A DNA stretch of 64,000 nt from Candidatus Methanomethylicaceae archaeon (GCA_026414165.1 JAOAJN010000007.1:7391-71390), one strand, 5' to 3'; positions 47,943-57,755 are shown, counted from the stretch's first letter. Translations and numbers: made by a program. The notes: generated by a model from the letters alone, not told the origin.

Positions 47943-49144
47943 TACCTTCTCCTCCTTTTCTTCTTCCATTTGCGCTCAAATTTCTCCTTGGGCGGGCGAG
48001 CATATTTAGCCTTGATATCATCTATCCGCTTCTCTAGGGTCTGTTTCAAGGCAACCCCTACAAAGTCCCCCCCAAAAGCGTCTACTCTGGCCGCTATGGA
48101 TAGCTTGCCTGCCAAGGCCCTAGCGATCTTACCCCTCTGCCACTTGGGGGCGGCATGTATGTACTGGCTTTGGAATATTATACCATGCTTGGGCGGTTTG
48201 GCACCAGTCTTGAGGGACCTGAATAGGGCTTTCTCAGCTCCGAGCACCTGTATTGTGCTCGCCGGTTTCTTCGCAAGGACCTCTAGACCTCCACTGAGCG
48301 CGATGAGGCGGGCACCCAAGCTCGAACCCACAAGTTCCCTTATGTTGGGAGCAACTTCTTTCATTGTCTCATCAATGTACTTCTCTAAACGATCCCTGTA
48401 AGAATACAGGGTGAGGCATATATCAGCCAGTTGTTTTATCTTCTCTAGATCCAGTTCGCCGATTTCTGCTCCCATGGATTTCTTGCAAAGATCATAAATC
48501 GCCATAGCTTTGTTCTCATTCTGAATGATTTCAATTATATCATTGAGGGAGTAGTCCGACCTAGAGCCGAACTTCGTTACCATAGTGAGGTATTGCCTGT
48601 GATCTGGAATAAGGCTGTCGAGTTCTGGAAAGTGTAGTCCGTACCATTCCCGCACCCTCGAGATCATGATGTTTATGTTCTTGTCAACCTCGTCAAGTGC
48701 GGTCACCGCCTGAGCCACGAGTCTGTCACGCCTCTCAGAGGCGGCACGTACCTTGGCTTTTGCGAGGGACTCAGCCACCTCTTTTTGCATTCTTACTATC
48801 TTAGCCAGTTTTAAACCACATTTTTGCAATGTTTGAACGGCTGAGGCTCTAAAAGCCCTGCCCGCGGCACTTGGGGAGATGGCTTGTATTTGCACATTAT
48901 ACTTTTTCTTGAGGGCTTTCGCCTCCCCCTCATCCTCGACTATGATAGACTCGCAACCCATCTCCATTAAGTCTTTTAGGAGGGACTCCAATGAAGGAGA
49001 GGACCCGTAGCGCTCAAGTTCTATGAGCTCTTTTACAGCACCTTCAACATCGTTGAAAGGTTTTGAGGCGATGACTTTAAGATCTTCATCATAAGCCAAG
49101 AAGCCAAGGAAGCTTTCCACAATATAACATTTCACATGGTGCAC
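47942..49144 (-). CDS. nop5: Nop56/58 (Nop5) C/D box RNP core protein
   Basis: WYGLHFPEL, LVGSSLGARLIALSGGLEVLAKKPASTIQVLGAEKALFR, and a K/R-rich tail. Confidence 0.9.
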   Translation of the reverse strand: MHHVKCYIVESFLGFLAYDEDLKVIASKPFNDVEGAVKELIELERYGSSPSLESLLKDLMEMGCESIIVEDEGEAKALKKKYNVQIQAISPSAAGRAFRASAVQTLQKCGLKLAKIVRMQKEVAESLAKAKVRAASERRDRLVAQAVTALDEVDKNINIMISRVREWYGLHFPELDSLIPDHRQYLTMVTKFGSRSDYSLNDIIEIIQNENKAMAIYDLCKKSMGAEIGELDLEKIKQLADICLTLYSYRDRLEKYIDETMKEVAPNIRELVGSSLGARLIALSGGLEVLAKKPASTIQVLGAEKALFRSLKTGAKPPKHGIIFQSQYIHAAPKWQRGKIARALAGKLSIAARVDAFGGDFVGVALKQTLEKRIDDIKAKYARPPKEKFERKWKKKRRRR

Positions 49145-49177
49145 CTAAATCATCTATCATAATGCCATATTTATATA

Positions 49178-49813
49178 TTAGTTGGAAATGTTTAAGGGTC
49201 TTGGTTCAGAAGCGCCTCTCCATCCCTTGCAGATCAGATAGATCTCGGAGCTACGTTCTCTTGATGCTTTGGGCTTATAAAGGCTCACCGACTGAAACAT
49301 CTGACGCACATCTTTCAAGAATTGATCAAACTCGCTCCCCATAATGAGTTTGATCACCATATTGCCCCCTGGTCTGATTATTGTTCTGGCCATTATCAAT
49401 GCAGATCTTGCGAGCGCTATCTGTCTGGCGTGATCGAGATCATGAATCCCTGAAAACCTTGGTGCCAGATCAGAGAGTACAACATCTACGGGTCTCCCAG
49501 CCAACTCAATTATTTGTTTGTTTATAGAAGGATCAAAGATGTCTCCCTTTATGAGACGGACATTCTCGAAGGGGAGGGGTTCAATTTCAGAGAGGTCCAC
49601 TCCGATAACTTTTCCTTCGGATCCTACAAACTCACGGGCTACCTGAAGCCAACCCCCTGGTGCAGCCCCCAAGTCCACCACGTAGTCGCCTTCTTCAAAT
49701 ATGCGGTAGCGCCTCGCCAACTCCAAAAGCTTGAGAGCAGAACGCGATCTAAACCCCCTCTTCTTTGCCTCCCGATAGTAGAAGTCACCGAGAACTTGCC
49801 TCCTAGTTGGCAC
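49178..49813 (-). CDS. rlmE: 23S rRNA 2'-O-methyltransferase RlmE (FtsJ/RrmJ)
   Basis: YYREAKKRGFRSRSALKLLEL, VVDLGAAPGGWLQVA, VLSDLAP. Confidence 0.85.
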   Translation of the reverse strand: MPTRRQVLGDFYYREAKKRGFRSRSALKLLELARRYRIFEEGDYVVDLGAAPGGWLQVAREFVGSEGKVIGVDLSEIEPLPFENVRLIKGDIFDPSINKQIIELAGRPVDVVLSDLAPRFSGIHDLDHARQIALARSALIMARTIIRPGGNMVIKLIMGSEFDQFLKDVRQMFQSVSLYKPKASRERSSEIYLICKGWRGASEPRPLNISN

Positions 49814-50189
49814 TTTTAATCACCCCACTCGAGGAGAGACGTTTGTACTCGAGCTTTATAGCAGCTGTGAGCTTCTCGCAGGTTTCAGGAGAAATTGGCT
49901 GACCCCTACCACATCTTTCCAAGTCGGGGCAAACGGTGCAAGAGACCCAGATCACATCGCTTAGATCAACCTTCTGAGGGCGCTTAAGTAGGATTATCTT
50001 GTAGGTCCGCTTACCTCCATCCTGATATGGCTCCCTCTTTATCACTCCTCGCTTCTCGAGCTTTGATAGCGACCTCAATAAAGTCTTTCCATCCACACCA
50101 AGAGACTTCGATAATGTACTCTGGAGTACACCGTCGCCCTCAGAGTTTTGAAGGAGGCTCAGTATGCGTTCTTCTAACGACTCTGGCAA
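49803..50189 (-). CDS. winged-helix protein with C-terminal 4-Cys motif (TFE-beta / RPC34-like candidate)
   Basis: N-terminal wH LQSTLSKSLGVDGKTLLRSLSKLEKRGVIKRE and C-terminal CTVCPDLERCGRGQPISPETC (CxxCx5Cx10C). Located between tfb and rlmE. Confidence 0.45.
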   Translation of the reverse strand: MPESLEERILSLLQNSEGDGVLQSTLSKSLGVDGKTLLRSLSKLEKRGVIKREPYQDGGKRTYKIILLKRPQKVDLSDVIWVSCTVCPDLERCGRGQPISPETCEKLTAAIKLEYKRLSSSGVIKSAN

Positions 50190-50226
50190 ACGGAGGCACG
50201 CTCAAAAATATAAGAAAATTAAGAAA

Positions 50227-51168
50227 CTATAAATGTATCTCCAAATTGAGCCTCTCTAAAAGCTCCTTATACCTATTTCTGACGGTGACCTCAGTCACTC
50301 CGGCTGCGTTTGCTATGTCCCGTTGAGTCCGCTTCCGGTCCATAAGAATGCTGGCGATGTATACCGCAGCGGCCGCTACTCCGGTAGGACCTCTACCAGA
50401 GGTGAGGCCCTCGCTCCCAGCAAATTTTATTATCTCTATAGACTTCTTCTGGACAACGCCATCGAGATCCAGCTTTGCGATTAGACGCGGCACGTAGTTC
50501 ACAGGGTCTGTTGGGAGCACCTTTAGTGTTAGTTCGTTGGATATGAAACGGTAACTCCTAGCGATCTCTTTTTTGCTAGCTCTAGCAACATTTGCCACCT
50601 CGTCTAAGGTGAGGGGGATATTGTATTTTCTGCAAGCAGCATAGAGAGCAGCGCCTGTCATGCTCTCTATGGATCTGCCACGTATGAGTTGGCTCTCCAC
50701 AGCCTTCCTGTAAAGGAGAGCCGATGCCTCACGTATGTTCCTAGAGAGGCCTATCTGCGAAGCCATGCGTTCGAGCTCTGATAGTGCAAAGGCTAGATTC
50801 CTTTCAGAGGCGTCAGAGACCCTTATTCGCCTCTGCCATTTTCTCAGACGATAGATCTGGGCGCGCTTCTTTGACGTTAAAGATTTCCCGTAGCTGTCTT
50901 TGTCGCGCCAATCGATCATCGTGGATAGTCCCTTGTCGTGGATCGTTAGGGTGATGGGGGCGCCTGCCCTAGATCGCTTATCCCTTTGGTCGCTGTCAAA
51001 TGCGCGCCATTCAGGGCCAGGATCAAGGATCTTGTCGCTTATTACAAGACCGCACAGAGTGCATGTAACTTCTGCTCTTTCATAATCTCTTACTAATGAC
51101 TTGCCCCCGCATTCTGGGCAAACAATCTCTTCAACATTTTCATAGGTTTCAGAAGGATCACTTTGCAT
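50227..51168 (-). CDS. tfb: transcription initiation factor B (TFIIB homologue)
   Basis: Zn ribbon [28 protein letters not shown]-finger/linker, and two cyclin repeats. Start at the internal ATG at 51168. Confidence 0.9.
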   Translation of the reverse strand: MQSDPSETYENVEEIVCPECGGKSLVRDYERAEVTCTLCGLVISDKILDPGPEWRAFDSDQRDKRSRAGAPITLTIHDKGLSTMIDWRDKDSYGKSLTSKKRAQIYRLRKWQRRIRVSDASERNLAFALSELERMASQIGLSRNIREASALLYRKAVESQLIRGRSIESMTGAALYAACRKYNIPLTLDEVANVARASKKEIARSYRFISNELTLKVLPTDPVNYVPRLIAKLDLDGVVQKKSIEIIKFAGSEGLTSGRGPTGVAAAAVYIASILMDRKRTQRDIANAAGVTEVTVRNRYKELLERLNLEIHL

Positions 51169-51415
51169 AATTTCTTTTCCTCCTTCTCCGATAATATTCC
51201 TCCTTCCAGTACACCTCGGCACCTACCAATTTTTCCGGATTAATGCCTCTGTCAGGCTTCACGGAGGCGTAGGGGGAGGATACAGGACCAAAGACATCTA
51301 TAACAGTTCCAATGGGAGACCCGTTTTTGAGAAACAGACGAGAACCGATCTTCGGAGGGGTCAAGACCCGAATTGTTAAAAGCTTACTTTTAGAGAAGCC
51401 GAGAATTGACCCCAT
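51158..51415 (-). CDS. gar1: H/ACA RNP protein Gar1
   Basis: [34 protein letters not shown]. Start at the internal ATG at 51415. Sits upstream of tfb. Confidence 0.75.
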   Translation of the reverse strand: MGSILGFSKSKLLTIRVLTPPKIGSRLFLKNGSPIGTVIDVFGPVSSPYASVKPDRGINPEKLVGAEVYWKEEYYRRRRKRNYAK

Positions 51416-51646
51416 GGTCTTCAAGAAATCATCTCCGTCGAAACAATTCACTATAGAAAAACAAGGAGATCAATATATTCTTTGCTAGGGGTATAAGCAG
51501 TTATATTATAAAATTTTAGGTGATTTTCAACGAGCAAGTCAATAAATTTATTTGTTTATGGCAAATTTTGTTATGCATTTCATGTCTGCGGTCAGACAGT
51601 TGATTTCCAGAGCCTGCTTTATGTAGACCTTAGGATGTTAAGGTAA

Positions 51647-51698
51647 TCGTGATGCCAAGGAATAATCTAAATCAGATGATTTTCTAACTTGGCTGATT
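51647..51698 (+). ncRNA. candidate C/D box sRNA
   Basis: GTGATGC (C, 51649-55), 11 nt, CTAA (weak D'), atc, AGATGA (C'-like), 13 nt, CTGA (D, 51693-96). The spacing fits the archaeal dual-guide layout, but C, D' and C' each deviate from consensus. Confidence 0.35.
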
Positions 51699-51749
51699 GT
51701 TGAAAGAGTCTTTGGCAGATCTCTTGAGAACTGACCATTTGCGCCTTGT

Positions 51750-52061
51750 TCATTTAGATTTTGATTTTAATTTCAATGACTTCTCGTGTAGGGCTTTGCC
51801 AATTTCCGTCAGTAGATCAGTCTTCTTTTTGACTTTTTTTATTAAGATCCTTCCAGATTTTTCCCAGTTGGACCTCGGGAGGCGTTTATCCAGCTCTAGT
51901 ACCGGATCGAGCCCAAGCTCTTTGCAGACCTCATATATCAATTCGATAGAAGGAGCTTCCACAGAGAGAGCTTTCGGAACCTTTCTCCCTTCCAAACGTG
52001 TTCGCTGAGAATCGAAATAAGCAGGCCATATTACTAAGAAATTTCTATCCCTGCTCATCAT
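51750..52061 (-). CDS. srp19: signal recognition particle protein SRP19
   Basis: VIWPAYFDSQRTRLEGRKVPKALSVEAPSIELI; 103 aa. Confidence 0.85.
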   Translation of the reverse strand: MMSRDRNFLVIWPAYFDSQRTRLEGRKVPKALSVEAPSIELIYEVCKELGLDPVLELDKRLPRSNWEKSGRILIKKVKKKTDLLTEIGKALHEKSLKLKSKSK

Positions 52062-52118
52062 CCTCGCCTAGGTTAAGTATTTATTAGGAGTTTAAATGTT
52101 TTAACTAGTTGGTTGAAG

Positions 52119-52475
52119 ATGCACGAGCTATCACTAGCCACAAGTGTGGTAGATTTTCTGGAAGGTTTAAGCAAAGAGCAAGGTTTGAAGAAGATCCAAG
52201 CGGTTTACATCGAGATCGGTGGGATGACACACGTGGATCCTGCACAGTTTAGGTTCTCATTAAAGTTGGTCTCCCAAGGAACTGTGGTAGAAGGTTGCAA
52301 GATCTACATCAAAAAGAGAGACCCCGTGCTTAGGTGCAATAGTTGTGGAAAAGAAGTCAAGGTCAATGTGAGAGATCTAGCGTCGGTATCGTTCAAATGC
52401 CCATTATGTGGAGGAGAGCTAAAGATCGAGAAGGGAAAGGAGCTCCTGCTCAAGAGAATAAAAGGTACAAAATAA
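52119..52475 (+). CDS. hypA: hydrogenase nickel insertion protein HypA
   Basis: MHELSLATSVVDFL and Zn site CNSCGKEV...CPLCGG. Confidence 0.85.
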   Translation: MHELSLATSVVDFLEGLSKEQGLKKIQAVYIEIGGMTHVDPAQFRFSLKLVSQGTVVEGCKIYIKKRDPVLRCNSCGKEVKVNVRDLASVSFKCPLCGGELKIEKGKELLLKRIKGTK

Positions 52476-52520
52476 TCTAAAGGCGAATGTTAATGCTAAT
52501 AGGAAAATAGAAATAATAGA

Positions 52521-52907
52521 CTACTTAAGTAGAATGGCATTCAGCAGACCATGCTGTCCTGGTCTTGAAGTGATCTTCGCATCGCCAAGCTCCGTCTCTA
52601 CTATGGCGCCCTTTGTGATTATACCTCTTCTGGCGTAGTCTACGTTTGAAGGATTGTCTTTGACCTTAATAATGCGAGACCTCTTCGTAATGTGGGTCTT
52701 AGGATCCGTGACATTTACAAACAAAGCCTCCTCAAGCTTGATTTTCATATTACCTCCATAAGCCCTCTCTATGCTCCTGCTCTCACCTTCTGAGGCTAAA
52801 GAGGTCTCAACAGGGGAGGAGCCTAATTCATATCTACGCTTCTTACTGCTAATCCTGAATCTTCCGCCAGTGGGTTTCTTGTTGTCCCGTCCTTGGTAGT
52901 AACTCAT
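52521..52907 (-). CDS. rps8e: 30S ribosomal protein eS8
   Basis: MSYYQGRDNKKPTGGRFRISSKKRRYELG. Confidence 0.9.
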   Translation of the reverse strand: MSYYQGRDNKKPTGGRFRISSKKRRYELGSSPVETSLASEGESRSIERAYGGNMKIKLEEALFVNVTDPKTHITKRSRIIKVKDNPSNVDYARRGIITKGAIVETELGDAKITSRPGQHGLLNAILLK

Positions 52908-52986
52908 CCGAATCCCTCAAAGAACAGGGTAGATAAAGTAAATACAAATATAAGTTTTTTGAATCATTTTGAGGAAGGGATAGAAA

Positions 52987-54009
52987 ATGGAGGGAATGGT
53001 TCAGCTCAGCCACGGCGCAGGCGGTACAATAATGAATGAGCTCTTGAGAAGAGTCATATTGGGTAATATAAAGAGGAGGAGAGTTGAGGAAGGGATTGGG
53101 CTCGACGAATTCGATGATGGTGCAACATTGCCGTTAGATGGAAAGGAAATCGTGATCTCTTCAGACGCGCACACTGTTAACCCTATATTCTTTCCAGGGG
53201 GCGATATAGGCAGACTTGCAGTATGCGGTACCGTAAATGATCTCGCAATGATGGGAGCTAGACCTATCGCGCTCACAGATACAGTTGTTGTGGAGGAGGG
53301 TTTTTCGCTCCAGGATCTGGAAAGGGTATTTGTTTCGATCAATTCGACGATAGAGGAAGTGGGAATGGCGCTAATACATGGAGACTTCAAAGTTATGCCA
53401 AGGGGAAAGCTAGACGGAATTGTTATATCCACGGCAGGTATTGGGGTTGTTGAGAAGGGAAAGGCAATTTTAGATTCTGGGCTTCGCGAGGGTGACAAGA
53501 TAATAGTTACCGGACCCGTGGGGGATCACGGTATTGTCATAGCTTCCCTAAGAGAGGGGATAGAGTTCAAGACAAGTCTGATCTCTGATGTTGCGCCCCT
53601 CTGGAATCTTATGCATAAAGCTATGAGCGCAGGGCAGATCACGGCAGCAAAGGATCCGACGAGGGGGGGCTTGGCGATGGCTTTGAACGAGATGGCAACC
53701 CGCTCAAATGTGAGCATATGGATCAAAGAGGAAGCTATTCCAATTAGGGACGAAGTCAGAGGAGCTTGTGAGTTGCTCGGCATGGATCCGCTTGAGCTCG
53801 TTTGTGAGGGCAGAGCAGTACTAGGTGTTAGGGAAAATGATGCTGAGAGAGTCCTCGAGGCGATTCGTTCCACAAGAGAGGGCAGAGAGGCTAGGATCAT
53901 AGGCTACGTTAAGAAAGAGCGCCCAGGCTATGTAATTATGGAGACTATTGTGGGCGGAAAAAGGGTAATAAATCCTCCGCTGGGGGAGCCTACGCCCAGG
54001 ATCTGCTAA
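52987..54009 (+). CDS. hypE: hydrogenase maturation protein HypE
   Basis: AIR-synthase-like fold motifs and the diagnostic C-terminus GEPTPRIC. Confidence 0.9.
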   Translation: MEGMVQLSHGAGGTIMNELLRRVILGNIKRRRVEEGIGLDEFDDGATLPLDGKEIVISSDAHTVNPIFFPGGDIGRLAVCGTVNDLAMMGARPIALTDTVVVEEGFSLQDLERVFVSINSTIEEVGMALIHGDFKVMPRGKLDGIVISTAGIGVVEKGKAILDSGLREGDKIIVTGPVGDHGIVIASLREGIEFKTSLISDVAPLWNLMHKAMSAGQITAAKDPTRGGLAMALNEMATRSNVSIWIKEEAIPIRDEVRGACELLGMDPLELVCEGRAVLGVRENDAERVLEAIRSTREGREARIIGYVKKERPGYVIMETIVGGKRVINPPLGEPTPRIC

Positions 54010-54052
54010 AGCCCTTGAAAATAGATTTTAGGATCAAGTCGCCCAGCCGACC

Positions 54053-54595
54053 TTAGGGCTTACCAAAGTATAAGTCTTCATTAAGCCGGGGAATTAGAGC
54101 CATCAATACTGCAAGCTCGGTCAAGGCGGTTCGGTTCATAGTTCCCTTTGAGAAATAGCCAATCGCACCTTCCTTATGCCCCAGAAATGGCTCGCCAGTC
54201 AATTCGGCCATTATATTGTTAACTTCGATTCGCTCATCAAGAACCCTCTTCACCAAAAACCTTGGGTATTCGAAAGAGGGACCGCCCCCCAATGTCACCC
54301 TCCCAGAACGATCCACTATTGCGGCAAATTGTTGATCCATGTACCCAGAGAGTGTTCGGGGAATAGAGATTATTCCAGCCTCTATTCCGACACCAAGTTC
54401 GGCAGCGGGTTCGGCATCCAGAGCTCCCCTAGCCCTGGAGATCGCGCCCTCTATTGTCGAATCAAGACCCACCGGCTGCGGAGGGGCTTTTGATGGGACT
54501 TGCTTCATGACAACAGTGACCCTAAAGAATTTTGAGAAGACGTTCTTAACAGCTCTTACTTTAATTGGATTTGAGGTGCCGACTGCAATAATCAC
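54053..54595 (-). CDS. non-canonical purine NTP phosphatase (inosine/xanthosine triphosphatase, DUF84/YjjX-like)
   Basis: MIIAVGTSNPIKVRAVKNVF at the N-terminus; 180 aa. Confidence 0.7.
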   Translation of the reverse strand: MIIAVGTSNPIKVRAVKNVFSKFFRVTVVMKQVPSKAPPQPVGLDSTIEGAISRARGALDAEPAAELGVGIEAGIISIPRTLSGYMDQQFAAIVDRSGRVTLGGGPSFEYPRFLVKRVLDERIEVNNIMAELTGEPFLGHKEGAIGYFSKGTMNRTALTELAVLMALIPRLNEDLYFGKP

Positions 54596-54637
54596 ATGTA
54601 GCCACCGAAATAGTATATAGGACGTGTAATTTAAAAT

Positions 54638-55738
54638 ATGGATCCTAAGGTGTTCCCTATGGAATACAGGAAGAGAATGGAGAAGGTCCTCAAGGTCATA
54701 GAGGAGAGAGGCTTAGATGGTGTAGTTTTCGTCTCTCCTGAGAATATATTCTATTTCACTGGAGCGCCGTTTGTAAAGGGGAGTGTGGGAAAGATATTAT
54801 ACTTAAGCAAGGATGGGACGGCGTCGATAATAGTAACGGATTTGGATTATCAGGAAGCATTGGACTTTGTTGACGCAGATGCTGTCAGGATTGTCAAGAC
54901 TGAGTTCGGCGAAAGACCCTCGGAGAGGTTGAAGAAGATCTCAGGAAAGAGGATCGGGTTTGAAGAGCAGCAAATGAGTTACTCATTATATGATTACTTA
55001 AGGAAAGATCTGGAACTTCAGCCTTTGAATGGATTAGCCGAGAAGATGAGAGAGGTTAAGGATGAGGAAGAAATAAGGAGGATCGAAGAAGCGCAAAGAA
55101 TAACCGAGAGAGCGCTTGAGGAGGCGCTTCAAAGTTTCGCAAAGGGCATGACCGAAGTAGAGATTGCATCAGAGGTTGAGCGCAGGATCAGGCTGCTGGG
55201 GGCGGAGTCGTATGCCTTTGAAAGCATTATAGCATCAGGGGAGAGAGCCGTTTATCCCCATGGAAAGCCAACCAAGAAGAGGGTTGAAGATGGGGAGAGC
55301 GTCATATTAGATCTAGGGGCGCGAGTGGGAGGTTATTGTTCAGATATGACAAGAACATTTTTCGTTGGTAAACCTAAGCAATTTTTGAGGGACGTCTACG
55401 ATGCTGTGGCACAAGCGCAAAATGAGGCGGTGAGGGCGGCCAGAGAGGGGATCACTGGTAAAGAACTTGATAGTGTGGCGAGGGGCATTCTGAAGGAGTT
55501 TGGATACGCGCAGTACTTTGGTCACGGCTTGGGTCACGGTGTCGGGATAGATGTCCACGAGGGCCCCTCGGTTAGCCCAAGAGGAGAGACAAGACTCACT
55601 GCAGGTAATGTGGTGACAATTGAGCCCGGAGTATATATCCCCGGAATGGGCGGTGTTAGAATCGAGGACATAGTAGTCATCACAGAGAGGGGTTCCAGAA
55701 ACCTTACAAATTTCAGTAAGGAGTTTATTGAGTTCTGA
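54638..55738 (+). CDS. M24 family Xaa-Pro dipeptidase/aminopeptidase
   Basis: DLGARVGGYCSDMTRTF, HGLGHGVGIDVHEGP, VVTIEPGVY, VRIED. Confidence 0.85.
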   Translation: MDPKVFPMEYRKRMEKVLKVIEERGLDGVVFVSPENIFYFTGAPFVKGSVGKILYLSKDGTASIIVTDLDYQEALDFVDADAVRIVKTEFGERPSERLKKISGKRIGFEEQQMSYSLYDYLRKDLELQPLNGLAEKMREVKDEEEIRRIEEAQRITERALEEALQSFAKGMTEVEIASEVERRIRLLGAESYAFESIIASGERAVYPHGKPTKKRVEDGESVILDLGARVGGYCSDMTRTFFVGKPKQFLRDVYDAVAQAQNEAVRAAREGITGKELDSVARGILKEFGYAQYFGHGLGHGVGIDVHEGPSVSPRGETRLTAGNVVTIEPGVYIPGMGGVRIEDIVVITERGSRNLTNFSKEFIEF

Positions 55739-55813
55739 AAGACTGTTAACCTTTTGGGTAGATCCTCCATGGTAAGTTTGAGGGGCTTGAGGAATAGCAT
55801 TATATCACATGTG

Positions 55814-56569
55814 ATGAAGCATGTCTACAGTTACTATGAGCGGAAGCTCCTTTCTGAAGTCAAACGTGGTAGAATGCCTGAGCATGTAGGACTCATATTG
55901 GATGGTAACCGCAGATGGGCGATGGAAGCAGGCCTAACCTCGGAGAAGGGACACGAGTACGGTTTTGAAAAACTCAAGGAAGTGCTCAACTGGTGCTGGG
56001 AACTGGGGATACATGTTGTTACAATCTATGCCCTCTCAACTGAGAACCTTCAGAGAGATAAAAGAGAAGTTGAGAACCTGTTGAGGCTTGCAAAAAAAGG
56101 CTTCTCTGAAGTTTTGAACAGTCCAGAAATTCATAGATACAAAGTTAGGATCAAGGCAATTGGAAGGCTAGACCTCCTCGACGAAGACCTCAGACAACTG
56201 ATAATGCAGGTGGAAAAAGCGACTGAGAGATATAATGACAATAAAATATACGTGGCAATAGCGTATGGAGGCAGGGTGGAGATCGTTGATGCGACTAAGC
56301 GGATCATAAAGTCAGTCTTATCGGGAGAGTTGAGGATGGAGGACATTGATGAGAGAACCTTCGCCAAATATCTCTACACTAATGGTGATAAAGACCCAGA
56401 TCTTATTATAAGGACGTCCGGTGAGGAGAGGCTAAGCGGATTTCTGCTTTGGCAGAGCGCCTACTCGGAGTTTTACTTTATGGATGTCTATTGGCCTGCG
56501 CTTAGAAAGATAGACCTACTTAGAGCGATAAGGACCTACCAAAATAGGACTAGAAGATTTGGAAGGTGA
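55814..56569 (+). CDS. uppS: cis-prenyltransferase (undecaprenyl/di-trans,poly-cis-polyprenyl diphosphate synthase)
   Basis: PEHVGLILDGNRRWA, IYALSTENL, IRTSGEERLSGFLLWQSAYSEFYF. Start set at MKHVYSYYE. Confidence 0.85.
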   Translation: MKHVYSYYERKLLSEVKRGRMPEHVGLILDGNRRWAMEAGLTSEKGHEYGFEKLKEVLNWCWELGIHVVTIYALSTENLQRDKREVENLLRLAKKGFSEVLNSPEIHRYKVRIKAIGRLDLLDEDLRQLIMQVEKATERYNDNKIYVAIAYGGRVEIVDATKRIIKSVLSGELRMEDIDERTFAKYLYTNGDKDPDLIIRTSGEERLSGFLLWQSAYSEFYFMDVYWPALRKIDLLRAIRTYQNRTRRFGR

Positions 56570-56594
56570 TTTGGGCTTGTATCACTACGGTCTT

Positions 56595-57692
56595 TTACTC
56601 TGTTTTCTGTTTCAATGAACGTTTTTTAAAGATAGGAGTTAGGGAGAATATAACCACGAGGAACCCACAAACCAAAACCCCGAGACCTGATATGAGAAGG
56701 AAGGGTATTAGACTTGCTCTTGGGTCTCTTATTATTGGTGAGGCCTCGAGGACGATCTGTCTGATGAATATTAATGCCACTATGCCAACAATTTCGTGCC
56801 AGATTTTAGGGGACGAGTCCAAGTATTTCACGACGAGTCTGCCTACAATGTAAACAGCCACTCCCAGCGCCAACAAATCAATTGTGTTGGCCAAGACAGA
56901 ACTTGCGAAGAGGGGCGGGTTCACGAAAGGGCTCACATCCAAGAAGGCGATACTTATCCCTCGGTAGATCGAGACTATGGAGATTATGAGACCTATAAGG
57001 GAGGTTATCAGACGAATGGGGGATTCTGCCCAAGCGGACTTTATCAGCTTGTCAATGTAGAATCCCTTCAAGATGAGCACTACCCCAAGTATGATGCCCA
57101 ATGAGATGATTGCATAGCTGATCAGATCAAAGAAGTACAGTATAGTGACGGCCAAGAGGAGTATGCCTGGTACCCCAAGGGCAAATTTTGAGAACTCAGG
57201 GTCTCCCAGCTTCTTCAAGTAACGATAGAACAGCACATAGGTCTCCTCCACACTCTTCTCTTGTTGGACAAAGACCCGCTTCACGGACATTATGGGGATT
57301 TTTGCCTGTATGACTGGGATGACCTGCTCATCGCTTGCGCCGTCGCTCACGAATATGGCACCATCAGCGCTGAAGTTGTTGAGAACGTACTCAAGCTCAG
57401 AAGAGATCTTCAGATCTGACTTGAAACCACCCTCAGGAGTGCCGGTCACAACTGCGACTTCACACACAAATCCTTGATCGACCAGAGAATCGTAGGTATT
57501 TATAGCGGCAAAGACGGAATTGGCATCCGAGTCCTCGGGACTCTTCAAAGCAAACAGCGTTGCCACAGACAGGATCTTGTCCCTGCCGATAATTGGTGTG
57601 GAGACTCCTGTAACCCGTCCAATATCATTATCCTTATCGACGCTGAGGACAAGTATCCTCTTGGTCTTGTGGGACATCGTCCACACTGACAA
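56595..57692 (-). CDS. DUF373-like archaeal membrane protein
   Basis: Soluble N-terminal half (ILVLSVDKDNDIGRVTGVSTPIIGRD) and polytopic C-terminal half. Family from memory. Confidence 0.55.
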   Translation of the reverse strand: MSVWTMSHKTKRILVLSVDKDNDIGRVTGVSTPIIGRDKILSVATLFALKSPEDSDANSVFAAINTYDSLVDQGFVCEVAVVTGTPEGGFKSDLKISSELEYVLNNFSADGAIFVSDGASDEQVIPVIQAKIPIMSVKRVFVQQEKSVEETYVLFYRYLKKLGDPEFSKFALGVPGILLLAVTILYFFDLISYAIISLGIILGVVLILKGFYIDKLIKSAWAESPIRLITSLIGLIISIVSIYRGISIAFLDVSPFVNPPLFASSVLANTIDLLALGVAVYIVGRLVVKYLDSSPKIWHEIVGIVALIFIRQIVLEASPIIRDPRASLIPFLLISGLGVLVCGFLVVIFSLTPIFKKRSLKQKTE

Positions 57693-57755
57693 AAGATTAT
57701 GAATTTTATGAATTTAAAACATTTCCAGCTGTAATGGAAAGATTTATATATAGAG

